Part shown: piece by piece, positions 1-7,860 of the stretch | Layout of the letters: every line of letters begins with the position of its first letter | Position numbering within the stretch: position 1 is the stretch's first letter | Translations under genes and position numbers: made by a program | The notes under the pieces: generated by a model | Seen by the model: the letters and a program-made list of their open reading frames with translations, nothing else | Told to the model about the DNA's origin: nothing | Database searches by the model: none | Origin: an uncultured Acidobacteriaceae bacterium | GTDB lineage: Bacteria; Acidobacteriota; Terriglobia; Terriglobales; Acidobacteriaceae | Direction of reading: 5' to 3' | Assembly: GCA_963698845.1 (NCBI GenBank) | Contig: CAVOSH010000006.1 | Location: forward strand, 37,242-101,241 | Length of the DNA stretch: 64,000 nucleotides

Positions 1-599
1 TGGGCCGATTGCTGACCGACCTCCAGCCAGAGCCGGAGGTCCTGGGTTCCGAAGTAACGGGGCTGCTTGCCCTGATGTTGCTGCAGGAATCCCGTCGCGC
101 CGCCAGAACCTCTCCGACCGGAGAGCTGATTTTGCTGGAGCACCAGGATCGCTCGCTCTGGAACCGGGAGCAGATCGCGGAGGGAGTGGCCTTGGTGGAG
201 AAAGCCCTGCAGTCCCGCCGCTTCGGCTCTTACACCCTGCAGGCTGCGATTGCGGCCGTTCATGCGGAGGCGGAATCGATGGCTGCGACCGACTGGCGAC
301 AGATTGTTGCGCTTTATAACCAATTGCTGCGAATTCAGCCCTCGCCGGTTGTACATCTGAATCGTGCCGTGGCCATTGCCATGTGCGATGGTCCAGAGGC
401 CGGTCTGAAGCAGATCGACGAGGTGTTGGAACACGGCGAATTGGTGAATTACTACCTGGCGCATTCAGCCCGTGCCGATATGTACCGCAGGCTCGGCCGG
501 ACGGCTGAGGCCCGGGCCTCTTATGAGAAAGCTCTGGCGCTGACCCAACAGGAACCAGAGCGGCAATTCCTGCAAGAGCGGATCCGGCAGCTGAAATAA
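1..599 (+). CDS. ECF sigma factor, C-terminal part only (5' end outside window); ECF42-like TPR/DUF6596-type extension
   Basis: Frame is open to the window edge. Translation ...DRSLWNREQIAEG...YTLQAAIAAVHAEA...ALYNQLL...HLNRAVA...YYLAHSARADMYRRLGRTAEA..YEKAL is the typical C-terminal extension of ECF sigmas that neighbour YCII/DGPF genes. A DGPF gene follows 90 nt downstream. Confidence 0.75.
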   Translation, partial: GRLLTDLQPEPEVLGSEVTGLLALMLLQESRRAARTSPTGELILLEHQDRSLWNREQIAEGVALVEKALQSRRFGSYTLQAAIAAVHAEAESMAATDWRQIVALYNQLLRIQPSPVVHLNRAVAIAMCDGPEAGLKQIDEVLEHGELVNYYLAHSARADMYRRLGRTAEARASYEKALALTQQEPERQFLQERIRQLK

Positions 600-614
600 A
601 AAATCTGGACGACC

Positions 615-650
615 TGTCGAATTCAGGTGGGGCCGCTCGACTATACAGTG
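615..650 (+). promoter_or_regulatory. ECF42-type promoter candidate P1: TGTCGA-N17-CGACTATA, GTG 6 nt after CGAC
   Basis: TGTCGA at 615-620, CGAC at 638-641, upstream of DGPF gene 691. Same architecture as the cassettes at 1403, 2292 and 7773. Confidence 0.5.
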
Positions 651-690
651 AAAGCCGGACAAACGGCGCTCAACACTCAAGGAGAAAACC

Positions 691-1116
691 ATGCGTTTCA
701 TGATGATCATGTTTCCGAAAAGCTACCAAAACGCCAAACCCGGCACGGTGCCCGACCTCAAAGGCATGGAGGAAATGGGCAAGTACAACGAGGAACTAGG
801 GAAGGCCGGCGTGCTGCTGGCGCTCGACGGGCTGACTCCGCCCGCGACGATGAGCGCGCGGGTCACCTTCAAGGACGGAAAATCGAAAGTTACCGACGGC
901 CCGTTTACCGAAGCCAAGGAAGTGGTCGGCGGCTACTGGATCATCCAGGTGAAGTCGCGTGAAGAGGCGCTGGAATGGGCCTCGCGCATCCCCGGAAAGG
1001 ATGACGAAATGGTCGAAGTTCGCCGGATGTTTGACCTGACCGACTTCGATCCCGAGACCCAAAAATATATCCAGGAGAAATTCGGCGACGACGTCGCCGC
1101 TGAGATGCGCCAGTAG
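691..1116 (+). CDS. YCII-related / DGPF domain protein
   Basis: 141 aa with AAGGAG RBS at 679-684. Motif ...KVTDGPFTEAKEVVGGYWIIQVKSREEALEWA... is the DGPF signature of YciI-family proteins. Confidence 0.85.
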   Translation: MRFMMIMFPKSYQNAKPGTVPDLKGMEEMGKYNEELGKAGVLLALDGLTPPATMSARVTFKDGKSKVTDGPFTEAKEVVGGYWIIQVKSREEALEWASRIPGKDDEMVEVRRMFDLTDFDPETQKYIQEKFGDDVAAEMRQ

Positions 1117-1147
1117 CAAAAACTCTCTCCGCTTTGTCGATTTCGCC

Positions 1148-1189
1148 GGGTGCCCCACTCATTCGCGGGTTTCGAATGAGTGGGTGGGG
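1148..1189. repeat. REP-like palindromic unit, family 1 (GGGTGCCCCACTCATTCG-loop-CGAATGAGTGGG)
   Basis: 12-nt arms CCCACTCATTCG / CGAATGAGTGGG. Further copies at 1323, 4375, 4598 and 6907. Confidence 0.75.
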
Positions 1190-1316
1190 CGGAATACGTT
1201 ATTGTCAGCGGCCATTCCTGAGGATTTCCCTTCACGAAGCCCTCTTCGCCGGAACCACACGTCCGGAAGCTGCTCCATTTCCACCCATCGGGTTTTTCCG
1301 CCAGACCTCGCTTCAC
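1190..1316 (-). mobile_element. Remnant of a REP-associated tyrosine transposase (RAYT, IS200/IS605 Y1 family) C-terminus
   Basis: The minus frame reads (V)KRGLAEKPDGWKWSSFRTCGSGEEGFV. This matches the conserved NPV.xGLxxxPxDWxWSS C-terminal block of Y1 transposases. No HUH/Tyr catalytic part lies upstream. It is flanked by oppositely oriented REP copies. Confidence 0.45.
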
Positions 1317-1322
1317 TGTACC

Positions 1323-1378
1323 GGAGGCAGTGACTCGCGGAACCTTTCATTCAAACCCCGCGAATGAGTGGGACCCCC
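1323..1378. repeat. REP-like unit, family 1, long form, inverted relative to 1148-1189
   Basis: GGAGGCAGTGACTCGCGGAACCTTTCATTCAAACCCCGCGAATGAGTGGG. Near-identical long form at 4598-4657. Confidence 0.7.
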
Positions 1379-1402
1379 CTCGCAAAATAATCTCGTCTCG
1401 GA

Positions 1403-1437
1403 TGTCGATTTTCTCCGCGCGCGCCGACTAAAGGGTG
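1403..1437 (+). promoter_or_regulatory. ECF42-type promoter candidate P2: TGTCGATTTTCTC..N16..CGACTAAAGG then GTG
   Basis: TGTCGA at 1403-1408, CGAC at 1425-1428, GTG at 1435. The -35 block is identical to P3 and P4. Confidence 0.55.
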
Positions 1438-1494
1438 AACGCTCCAGCGCGCAAGGCTGTGCTGCTGGCCCGCGAAAAAGTATGGAGGAGAGCG

Positions 1495-2238
1495 ATGATT
1501 CGAAATCAAGTACACGGTATTTTCCTGGGCGCATTCGTACTCGTCGTCGCGCTGACTGCGACCCGGCCCGCTGCCGCACAAGAGTCCAAAGAAGCATATC
1601 CAGCCATGGCCCCGATCGAACAATATCTAATGAATCGCGACGCGGAAATAGCTCTGGCCCGCAGCGCCGCTCCAGACGCCATTTCCCACGACGCTTCAGT
1701 TCTCGTGCTGACCCGCCACGGCTACGAAACCGCAGTCGAAGGGAAAAACGGCTGGGTCTGCTGGGTCGGACGCGCCTGGTTGGCCATGTTCGATAATCCC
1801 GAATTTTGGAATCCAAAAGTTCGCGCCGCGGATTGCCTTAACCCACCGGCCGCCCGCTCAATCCTTCCGTACGCCTACAAGCGCGCCGAATTACTTCTGG
1901 CGGGCCATTCCAAACAAGAAGTCATCGCCGCAATCAAGGCCGCCATCGATAAAAAAGAATTACCCTCCCTCGAGCCGGGGACTTTCTCCTACATGATGTC
2001 GAAGGGCTCATATCTCACCGATAACGGCGGCCACAACGGCCCCCACCTGATGTTCTACGAAGCAGCGAAAGACGGTGCAGACTGGGGCGCAAATCTCACA
2101 AACTCCCCAGTCTTCTCGGTAAATTACTGGTATGGCTCTGCGCAATCCTACCCACAACTCAAATCTTTCCCACCGCTGTCCGTCTTCCTGATAGGAGTAG
2201 ACAAATGGTCCGATGGAACGCCGGCACCGAGCAGGTAA
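1495..2238 (+). CDS. Secreted protein of unrecognised family (signal peptide)
   Basis: ATG 1495 is preceded by GGAGGAG. N-terminus MIRNQVHGIFLGAFVLVVALTATRPAAAQE. The ORF is also open from GTG 1435, an in-frame 20-codon extension that carries the conserved mini-ORF. Confidence 0.7.
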   Translation: MIRNQVHGIFLGAFVLVVALTATRPAAAQESKEAYPAMAPIEQYLMNRDAEIALARSAAPDAISHDASVLVLTRHGYETAVEGKNGWVCWVGRAWLAMFDNPEFWNPKVRAADCLNPPAARSILPYAYKRAELLLAGHSKQEVIAAIKAAIDKKELPSLEPGTFSYMMSKGSYLTDNGGHNGPHLMFYEAAKDGADWGANLTNSPVFSVNYWYGSAQSYPQLKSFPPLSVFLIGVDKWSDGTPAPSR

Positions 2239-2291
2239 AACCCCGGCGCCCTGCTGGGCGACCACAAACTGAACAAATACTTCGCCTCGGC

Positions 2292-2326
2292 TGTCGATTT
2301 TCTCCGTGGGCGACGACTATAAGATG
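2292..2326 (+). promoter_or_regulatory. ECF42-type promoter candidate P3
   Basis: TGTCGA at 2292-2297, 16-nt spacer, CGAC at 2314-2317, TATAAG, ATG at 2324. Confidence 0.55.
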
Positions 2327-2378
2327 AACGAGCGAGGCAAGGCTGTGCTGCTGGCTCGAAAAACACAAAGGAGTGTTC

Positions 2379-2747
2379 ATGCCACAATATTTAGTTTGTA
2401 ACTACATCTCCGACAACTTCGACCCGTCCAGCGTGACCGAAGAGATGATGGAAGAGATCCACGCGCTCAACCGCGAATTGATTGCTGCCGGCGCCAGGAA
2501 GTTCGCCTGCGGCATTGCCCCGCCCGCCAACGCCAAGACGCTGCGAAAGCAGCCCGACGGCAAGGTGCTCATCACCGATGGACCGTACACCGAAACCAAG
2601 GAGCACATGGGTGGATTTTGGATCTTGGAAGCCGCCAATATGGATGAGGCACTCGCATGGGCGAAGAGGGCTGCCATCGCCTGCGACGTGCCCGGCGAGG
2701 TGCGCGAACTTCTCTTCTATCCGGCTCCGGAGGAAGCAGCGAAATAG
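2379..2747 (+). CDS. YCII-related / DGPF domain protein
   Basis: AAAGGAG RBS. Motif ...LITDGPYTETKEHMGGFWILEAANMDEALAWAK... Confidence 0.85.
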   Translation: MPQYLVCNYISDNFDPSSVTEEMMEEIHALNRELIAAGARKFACGIAPPANAKTLRKQPDGKVLITDGPYTETKEHMGGFWILEAANMDEALAWAKRAAIACDVPGEVRELLFYPAPEEAAK

Positions 2748-2750
2748 CAT

Positions 2751-2803
2751 GGTGCCCCAGGTTCACGTTCCTGCTTTTGGACGTTAACCTGGGAACGTGC
2801 GAC
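2751..2803. repeat. REP-like unit, family 2 (GGTGCCCCAGGTTCACGT..GGACGTTAACCTGGGAAC)
   Basis: Imperfect palindrome immediately after the stop codon. A second copy with an insertion lies at 3502-3580. Confidence 0.7.
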
Positions 2804-2863
2804 CAACCAGTTTTCCCACCTCTAGCCCAATCGCAGGGCGAACCCTTCGACTGCTGTGCGCAA

Positions 2864-2921
2864 CGGCTATAGGATGAACGATGCAGCGCGAGGCTATAAA
2901 CTTCGCACGCACTGGCAATAA
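2864..2921 (+). promoter_or_regulatory. Degenerate copy of the cassette (CGGC-TATAGG-ATGAACGATGCAGCGCG..), no TGTCGA at the proper distance
   Basis: Shares CTATAGGATGAACGAT.CAGCGCG with the 7795 copy. ATG 2874 opens a 15-codon ORF MNDAARGYKLRTHWQ*. Lies upstream of the DHFR-family gene at 2937. Confidence 0.3.
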
Positions 2922-2936
2922 AGGCAGGACCATCGA

Positions 2937-3491
2937 ATGAGAAACGTAATCTTCGCCATCAACGTCAGCCTGGATGGCTGCTTCGACCACACCGCGGTAA
3001 ATCCTGACGACGAAATACTTGAATATTTTACGCACCTCACGCGAGAGGCTGACCTGCAAGTCTTCGGTCGCAAGACCTGGCAATTGATGGTGCCTTATTG
3101 GCCGGAGGTCGCCAAGGACCCGTCCGCGTCCAAAGCGGACAAGGAGTTCGCTCAAGCTTTTGTCTCTCTCAACAAACTGGTTTTCTCGCGATCCTTAGAC
3201 AGCGTTGAAGACAAAAACACGAGATTTGTTCGCACGGACCTTCGCGACGAAATCCTTAAACTCAAGCAGGAACCAGGCAAGAATATTTTAGTCGGCGGGG
3301 TAGATATTCCTTCGCAACTGATCGAGCTTGGCCTGGTCGACGAATTTCGTTTCGTCGTTGCGCCGGTCATTGCAGGCAACGGACGACGGTTGCTGGAAGG
3401 CGTCAACTTGCCGGAGAAATTGCAATTGAAGCTGGTTGACTCAAAGATTTTTAAGTCAGGATGTGTTGCGCTTCGTTATCGGAAGCCGTGA
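2937..3491 (+). CDS. Dihydrofolate reductase family protein (RibD C-terminal domain type)
   Basis: 184 aa. MRNVIFAINVSLDGC...FGRKTWQLM...ILVGGVDIPSQLIELGLVDEFRFVVAPVIAGNGRRL is typical of the family. Confidence 0.85.
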   Translation: MRNVIFAINVSLDGCFDHTAVNPDDEILEYFTHLTREADLQVFGRKTWQLMVPYWPEVAKDPSASKADKEFAQAFVSLNKLVFSRSLDSVEDKNTRFVRTDLRDEILKLKQEPGKNILVGGVDIPSQLIELGLVDEFRFVVAPVIAGNGRRLLEGVNLPEKLQLKLVDSKIFKSGCVALRYRKP

Positions 3492-3501
3492 CATTCAGGC
3501 T

Positions 3502-3630
3502 CGGTGCCCCAGAGCCTGCCCTGAGCCCGCCGAAGGGTTCACGTCCTTCCTTTGGACGTTAACCTGGGAACCGTGCGACGAATCATCTCGCTGCGGAACC
3601 CCACTCAAGCCGCTTTTGTTTGGGTGGGTG
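3502..3630. repeat. Two adjacent REP-like units (family 2 with insertion; family 1b CCCCACTCAAGCCG..TTTGGGTGGG)
   Basis: 3502-3580 repeats the 2751 unit, with an inserted AGCCTGCCCTGAGCCCGCCGAAGG. 3593-3630 resembles 4307-4346. Confidence 0.65.
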
Positions 3631-3664
3631 TTTTCCCAGCGCAACCCATGTTAGGGGAGACTGT

Positions 3665-4275
3665 ATGAGAAAGATCAAGATCATCGAACACATCACGCTC
3701 GACGGCGTGATTCAGGCGCCCGGCGGCCCGGACGAAGACGGCGACTATCCCTACGGCGGATGGGCGGGGCCGCATTCGGATCCTGATGGAGGAGCGGCCA
3801 TCGTCGCGGCTCAAGGTGAGCGTTTTGATCTGCTGCTGGGCCGGCGAACTTACGACATCTTCAGCGGCTTCTGGCCCAAGGCCCCGAAGAGTCCTATGTC
3901 GGACAGCTTGAACGCGGCGACAAAATACGTCGCCACCCACAGGCCGGACAGCCTCGCATGGGGACCGGCCGAGGCCCTTGGAGCGGACATTGTTAGGGCA
4001 TTCGCCGCATCAAGGAGAAAGACGGGCCGCAGCTGATCGTCTGGGGCAGCTCGCAGCTGACACCGGTGCTGCTCGAACACGAACTTGCGGATGAGGTCCT
4101 GCTGCTGGTCTTTCCGGTTCTGCTGGGCAAAGGCAAACGTATCTTCTCGGAGGGAACTCCGCCACGCGAACTCGCGCTGGTCAGCACGAAGGCTGTGGGC
4201 TCGGGCGTCATCATCAGTACCTACAAGCCGAACGGTCCTTTGCGCACCAGCTCCTACGCCGACGCAGGGGAGTAA
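3665..4275 (+). pseudogene. Second RibD_C/DHFR-family gene, one frame break
   Basis: MRKIKIIEHITLDGVIQAPGG... continues in another frame as GIRRIKEKDGPQLIVWGSSQLTPVLLEHELADEVLLLVFPVLLGKGKRIF. The break is at the G-run 3996-3998; one extra G would restore the frame. Confidence 0.75.
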
Positions 4276-4306
4276 GCCGAGATCTTCGCCCAACCTACGC
4301 AACTCG

Positions 4307-4412
4307 CGGGTGCCCCGCTCAAGCCGGGTTTGCTTGAGTGGGTGGGTTGACTTCGTGTCGGATCATCGAATCTCCCACTCATTCGAACCCCCGCGAATAA
4401 GTGGGGCACCCG
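4307..4412. repeat. REP-like units (family 1b at 4307-4346, family 1 at 4375-4412)
   Basis: GGGTGCCCCGCTCAAGCCGGGTTTGCTTGAGTGGGTGGG, then CCCACTCATTCGAACCCCCGCGAATAAGTGGGGCACCCGG. Confidence 0.7.
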
Positions 4413-4597
4413 GCCCCGCCGCCGACGCTAGTGAACCCAGGTTAGCGTCCGAAACCGGGCCGCGAACCTGGGGCACCAGGCCCATGCATCCGTGCGGTCC
4501 GCAGGGGGCTAAAGCCCAGATCGTGAGATTACGCTGGTTGGCACGACTAAAAGTCGTGCCCCGATACAAAACAGGTCGACTGGCGATGGGACGTACT

Positions 4598-4657
4598 GGA
4601 GGCTGTGACTCGCGGAACCCACTCATTCGAACCCCCGCGAATAAGCGGGGCACCCGG
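4598..4657. repeat. REP-like unit, family 1, long form
   Basis: GGAGGCTGTGACTCGCGGAACCCACTCATTCGAACCCCCGCGAATAAGCGGGGCACCCGG. Confidence 0.7.
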
Positions 4658-4736
4658 CCGCCCGGCCTGATTTCAGCCTATCGGGCAATTTGATAGATTG
4701 AATTGCTTGGCACTTCGCATTCCAACGGGGTGGGTC

Positions 4737-5492
4737 ATGAGCTACTTCGTCGTTAGCGCAATCACGTTCGGCCTGATCTTCTTCGCCGGTTTGCTGGGGA
4801 TGCTCCTGCGCCGGGTCTTGCCCAAAGACCATCTCAGCGACGACTCGAAAGACGTAGTGAAGTTGGGTATGGGACTGGTGGGCACGATGGCGGCGCTGGT
4901 CCTCGGCTTGCTCATCTATTCGGCCAAAGCCACGTGGGATGCGCAAGAAACCGCGCTGCTGCAAGTGTCGGCGCAAGTGATCTCGCTCGACCGCACGCTT
5001 GCTCTGTACGGGCCTGAGGCCAGTGGGCCGCGTCAGGTCCTTCGGGGCGATGTGGTTAACATCATCGGCCGGCTGTGGCCGGAGCAGATGTCGAAGATGG
5101 CGGAGTTGGCTCCGACCGGAGGCCTCTCCGGGGCCGTTTACGATTCGATCGAATCGCTTTCGCCAAAAGATGACCGGCAACGACTGCTCCGCACGGAAGC
5201 CTTACAGCTGGCAACCGGGATTGGGCAAGCTCGATGGTTGATGTATGAACAAGGCACAACCATGGTGTCCAAACCGCTGGTGATGGTGGTGGTGTTCTGG
5301 CTGATTTTTATCTTTCTCAGTTGGGGTCTGTTTGCCCCAGGCAATGCGACCGTCATCGCTACATTTTTCATTGCAGCAGTTTCCGTTTCGGCTGCGCTTT
5401 TTATGGTTCAGGAGATGTATATGCCTTACGCAGGAGTGATTCGCATCTCCAGCGCTCCTCTGCTCGCCGCTTTATCGCAGCTGGGCCAGTAG
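4737..5492 (+). CDS. DUF4239-like membrane protein
   Basis: N-terminal TM (MSYFVVSAITFGLIFFAGLLGMLL) and two C-terminal TM segments. Paralogous in layout to 16218-16988. The family assignment is from memory of the architecture. Confidence 0.65.
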   Translation: MSYFVVSAITFGLIFFAGLLGMLLRRVLPKDHLSDDSKDVVKLGMGLVGTMAALVLGLLIYSAKATWDAQETALLQVSAQVISLDRTLALYGPEASGPRQVLRGDVVNIIGRLWPEQMSKMAELAPTGGLSGAVYDSIESLSPKDDRQRLLRTEALQLATGIGQARWLMYEQGTTMVSKPLVMVVVFWLIFIFLSWGLFAPGNATVIATFFIAAVSVSAALFMVQEMYMPYAGVIRISSAPLLAALSQLGQ

Positions 5493-5536
5493 TGGGCATT
5501 ATTTCGAGCCCCAAAAGGTCAGCCTGACGAAAGTTC

Positions 5537-6010
5537 TCACTGCCGCAGTTTGGCTGCGAGCCTGTTATCGACGCTGAATTTGCCTGGACCGGAGCAGATC
5601 AGCCAGAGGAAGAAGAGCACGTACAGCGCTTCCGGAAGATAAAGAAAGTTGTCCAGCCAATTTAGCGGCGAAATCCCTTTGGGCAGTCCGGCCAATTTCG
5701 TCGTCAGAATGGCAACCATCATGTCGCCCAGCAAAGCGAGGCAGGCCAAGCTGGTTAGAAACCCTGCAATCAACATCAGGCCTCCAACGAATTCGACGCT
5801 GGATACGAAGTAGACCATTACGTGCGGGAGAGGAACATTGGCTGCCACCAGCGTTTCATACATGGTCTGGGTCTGCGCGGGAACGAAGAGTTTGTTTGCC
5901 CCGGATATAGCGAAAAAAGCGCCCAGCGCGATGCGTACCACCAGAATCGCGTATTCCTCGAGTTCGCGGCTGCCCAGCAACAAGTACCGGATCAAGCGTT
6001 GCCATCCCAT
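5537..6010 (-). CDS. DoxX family membrane protein
   Basis: 157 aa. ...VRIALGAFFAISGANKLF... with four hydrophobic segments. Confidence 0.8.
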   Translation of the reverse strand: MGWQRLIRYLLLGSRELEEYAILVVRIALGAFFAISGANKLFVPAQTQTMYETLVAANVPLPHVMVYFVSSVEFVGGLMLIAGFLTSLACLALLGDMMVAILTTKLAGLPKGISPLNWLDNFLYLPEALYVLFFLWLICSGPGKFSVDNRLAAKLRQ

Positions 6011-6316
6011 CTGTGGTCACCCCCAGCAAAACCCAGTCATCATAAATCACGGTCCGTTCAGCCACTTCCTGATAAGGCCCCCGGTTTAACCAGACACACA
6101 CACGGCCCGATGACCATCCAGAGCATAATCTTCACCCGATGCTCTGCTTAGTAACCGATACGTTCGTCCAATAGATTCCCCGTCGCGGTTCTGGCTTAAT
6201 GTGTGTGCCGCGGATGGAAGCAATTGTGGGCGTTGCCACCCGCGCCTCAAATCCAGCGGAGACCGGGATTGCCGGGACACCGTATCTTGATCAGCACTGT
6301 ATCGAAGGAGCCAGCA

Positions 6317-6763
6317 ATGAACAACGTACAAGTCGAACAGAAGAGTTATGAGATGCCGCCGAAGGAAGGAATCAGCATCGCGCAGTTTCTCACCGTGGCC
6401 GACATCGGGCGATCGGCTCGCTATTACGAAAAGGTCTTCGGCGCTCGCATTCTGACGCTGGGTGACGGCAACGCGCCTGCGTACCTTCTGTTTGCGAATA
6501 TCTGGATGATTCTGAACGTTGGGGGCGGCCCGACCCCCGACAAGCCGACGGTGACGCTCAGCGTCCCCGACCCGAATCACATCAACAGTTTCCTGAATCT
6601 CCGCGTGGCCGATATTCAAGCGTGCTACAAGCTATGGAAAAGTCGGGGAGCGGAGTTCATCACCGAACCGATCCCCAAGTACGGCGAAATCCGCTGCTAT
6701 ATCCGCGATCCTGACGGCTACATTATCGAGGTTGGACAGAGCACGGATGTCGTCTACGGTTAA
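6317..6763 (+). CDS. VOC / glyoxalase-bleomycin resistance family protein
   Basis: GAAGGAG RBS before ATG 6317. ...YYEKVFGARIL...RCYIRDPDGYIIEVGQS. Confidence 0.8.
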   Translation: MNNVQVEQKSYEMPPKEGISIAQFLTVADIGRSARYYEKVFGARILTLGDGNAPAYLLFANIWMILNVGGGPTPDKPTVTLSVPDPNHINSFLNLRVADIQACYKLWKSRGAEFITEPIPKYGEIRCYIRDPDGYIIEVGQSTDVVYG

Positions 6764-6906
6764 CGCCCGGCTTGGATGGGACACAGGAATGAGCGTTCCT
6801 GACCACACCGTCCAACCGGTACTTTGGCATGGAGCGATAGGTTAGTCCGATAAATTCTTCGTCGCGCCTTTTACCCGATCGTGCCCGAAGGCGTCGCCTC
6901 GCGAAA

Positions 6907-6943
6907 CCCACTCATTCGAAACCCACGAATGAGTGGGCACCCG
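6907..6943. repeat. REP-like unit, family 1
   Basis: CCCACTCATTCGAAACCCACGAATGAGTGGGCACCCGG, between convergent genes. Confidence 0.75.
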
Positions 6944-7005
6944 GAATGCCCCTCGAGTGACTTCCGCAATCAGCCGAGCTTAGCCCGATTCTGAAAGAGA
7001 AGGCC

Positions 7006-7575
7006 CTAGGCTGCCCGCTCAGAACGAATGGGGGCGGCTGGTACGACGATTTCAACAAGTCCGGTGGCCACGTCATACACGAGGCCGGAGACGAGCCACT
7101 CTCCCGGCAAGGCGGGAATCGCCCGGAGCAAAGCAATGTCGGCGGCAACCGCAGCCTGGGGATCGGTGACTGCTTTCGCCTTGAGTTCCGCTTCCTCTAT
7201 TTGAAAATAGTGCGTCAGCATGGCGGGATCGCCGGCGAGGCGAGTGATGCCGCAATCAGTGTGTTGGAGTACGACGATATGAAACTCGCCACCGCCTCCA
7301 GGAATCCCCCCGGCAACTTCGCCGATTCGCCCGAGCAGGCCCAACTGCTCCAGCAACGCAGGTGTGATTCGACCGCCGATGTTGCGGATCACGACAGCCT
7401 CCCCAGGCTTAATTCCAAGTACGTGAACCGGGTCCACCCGCATATCAGCGCAACCGATGATGATTGCCTTCACATTCGGGAGCGCCCTTGCAAGCGAGGG
7501 CATCAGCGCCCCTCCAGCAGACTGCTGAGCGGCAAAGTCTTTGTTACGTCGTAACATAGAGTCAAGACTGTTCAT
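7006..7575 (-). CDS. Beta-class carbonic anhydrase
   Basis: AAGGAG RBS upstream of ATG 7575. Zinc-ligand pattern GCADMRV ... HTDCG. Confidence 0.85.
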   Translation of the reverse strand: MNSLDSMLRRNKDFAAQQSAGGALMPSLARALPNVKAIIIGCADMRVDPVHVLGIKPGEAVVIRNIGGRITPALLEQLGLLGRIGEVAGGIPGGGGEFHIVVLQHTDCGITRLAGDPAMLTHYFQIEEAELKAKAVTDPQAAVAADIALLRAIPALPGEWLVSGLVYDVATGLVEIVVPAAPIRSERAA

Positions 7576-7772
7576 GTTGATTCTCCTTGAGAGAGGCTGC
7601 GTGGCCCATTGCCGAAACCGCTTAGTCAAGCCGACGGCCGCGAGCAAGCCGTAAGGCTTCCGGCGGGTCAGGCAGAGAAACGCCAATGTCGTTCTCTACT
7701 CTCAAGTGTTTTGGTAGCGCGCCTGATCGTTTCGAACCATCCGACGCAAGAAAAAAATAGTTCGTCTCATGC

Positions 7773-7807
7773 TGTCGATTTTCTCTATCCCGAACGACTA
7801 TAGGATG
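7773..7807 (+). promoter_or_regulatory. ECF42-type promoter candidate P4
   Basis: TGTCGA at 7773-7778, 16-nt spacer, CGAC at 7795-7798, TATAGG, ATG at 7805. Confidence 0.55.
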
Positions 7808-7860
7808 AACGATCCAGCGCGCGAAGCTGTGTTGCTGGCTCTACCAATCGGAGAAGAACA

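Noticed and set aside
1168-1184. tRNA-like GGTTTCGAATGAG strings (T-arm look-alikes) at 1168, 4381, 4621 and 6915
   Set aside because: They are the loops and arms of the REP palindromes. No acceptor stem, D-arm or anticodon arm can be drawn around them. I found no convincing tRNA in the window.
4085-4693. 202-aa ORF spanning the region downstream of the second DHFR-family gene
   Set aside because: It runs through four REP-like units and the tail of the DHFR gene in another frame. The translation is low-complexity Arg/Pro/Ser with no coding signal.
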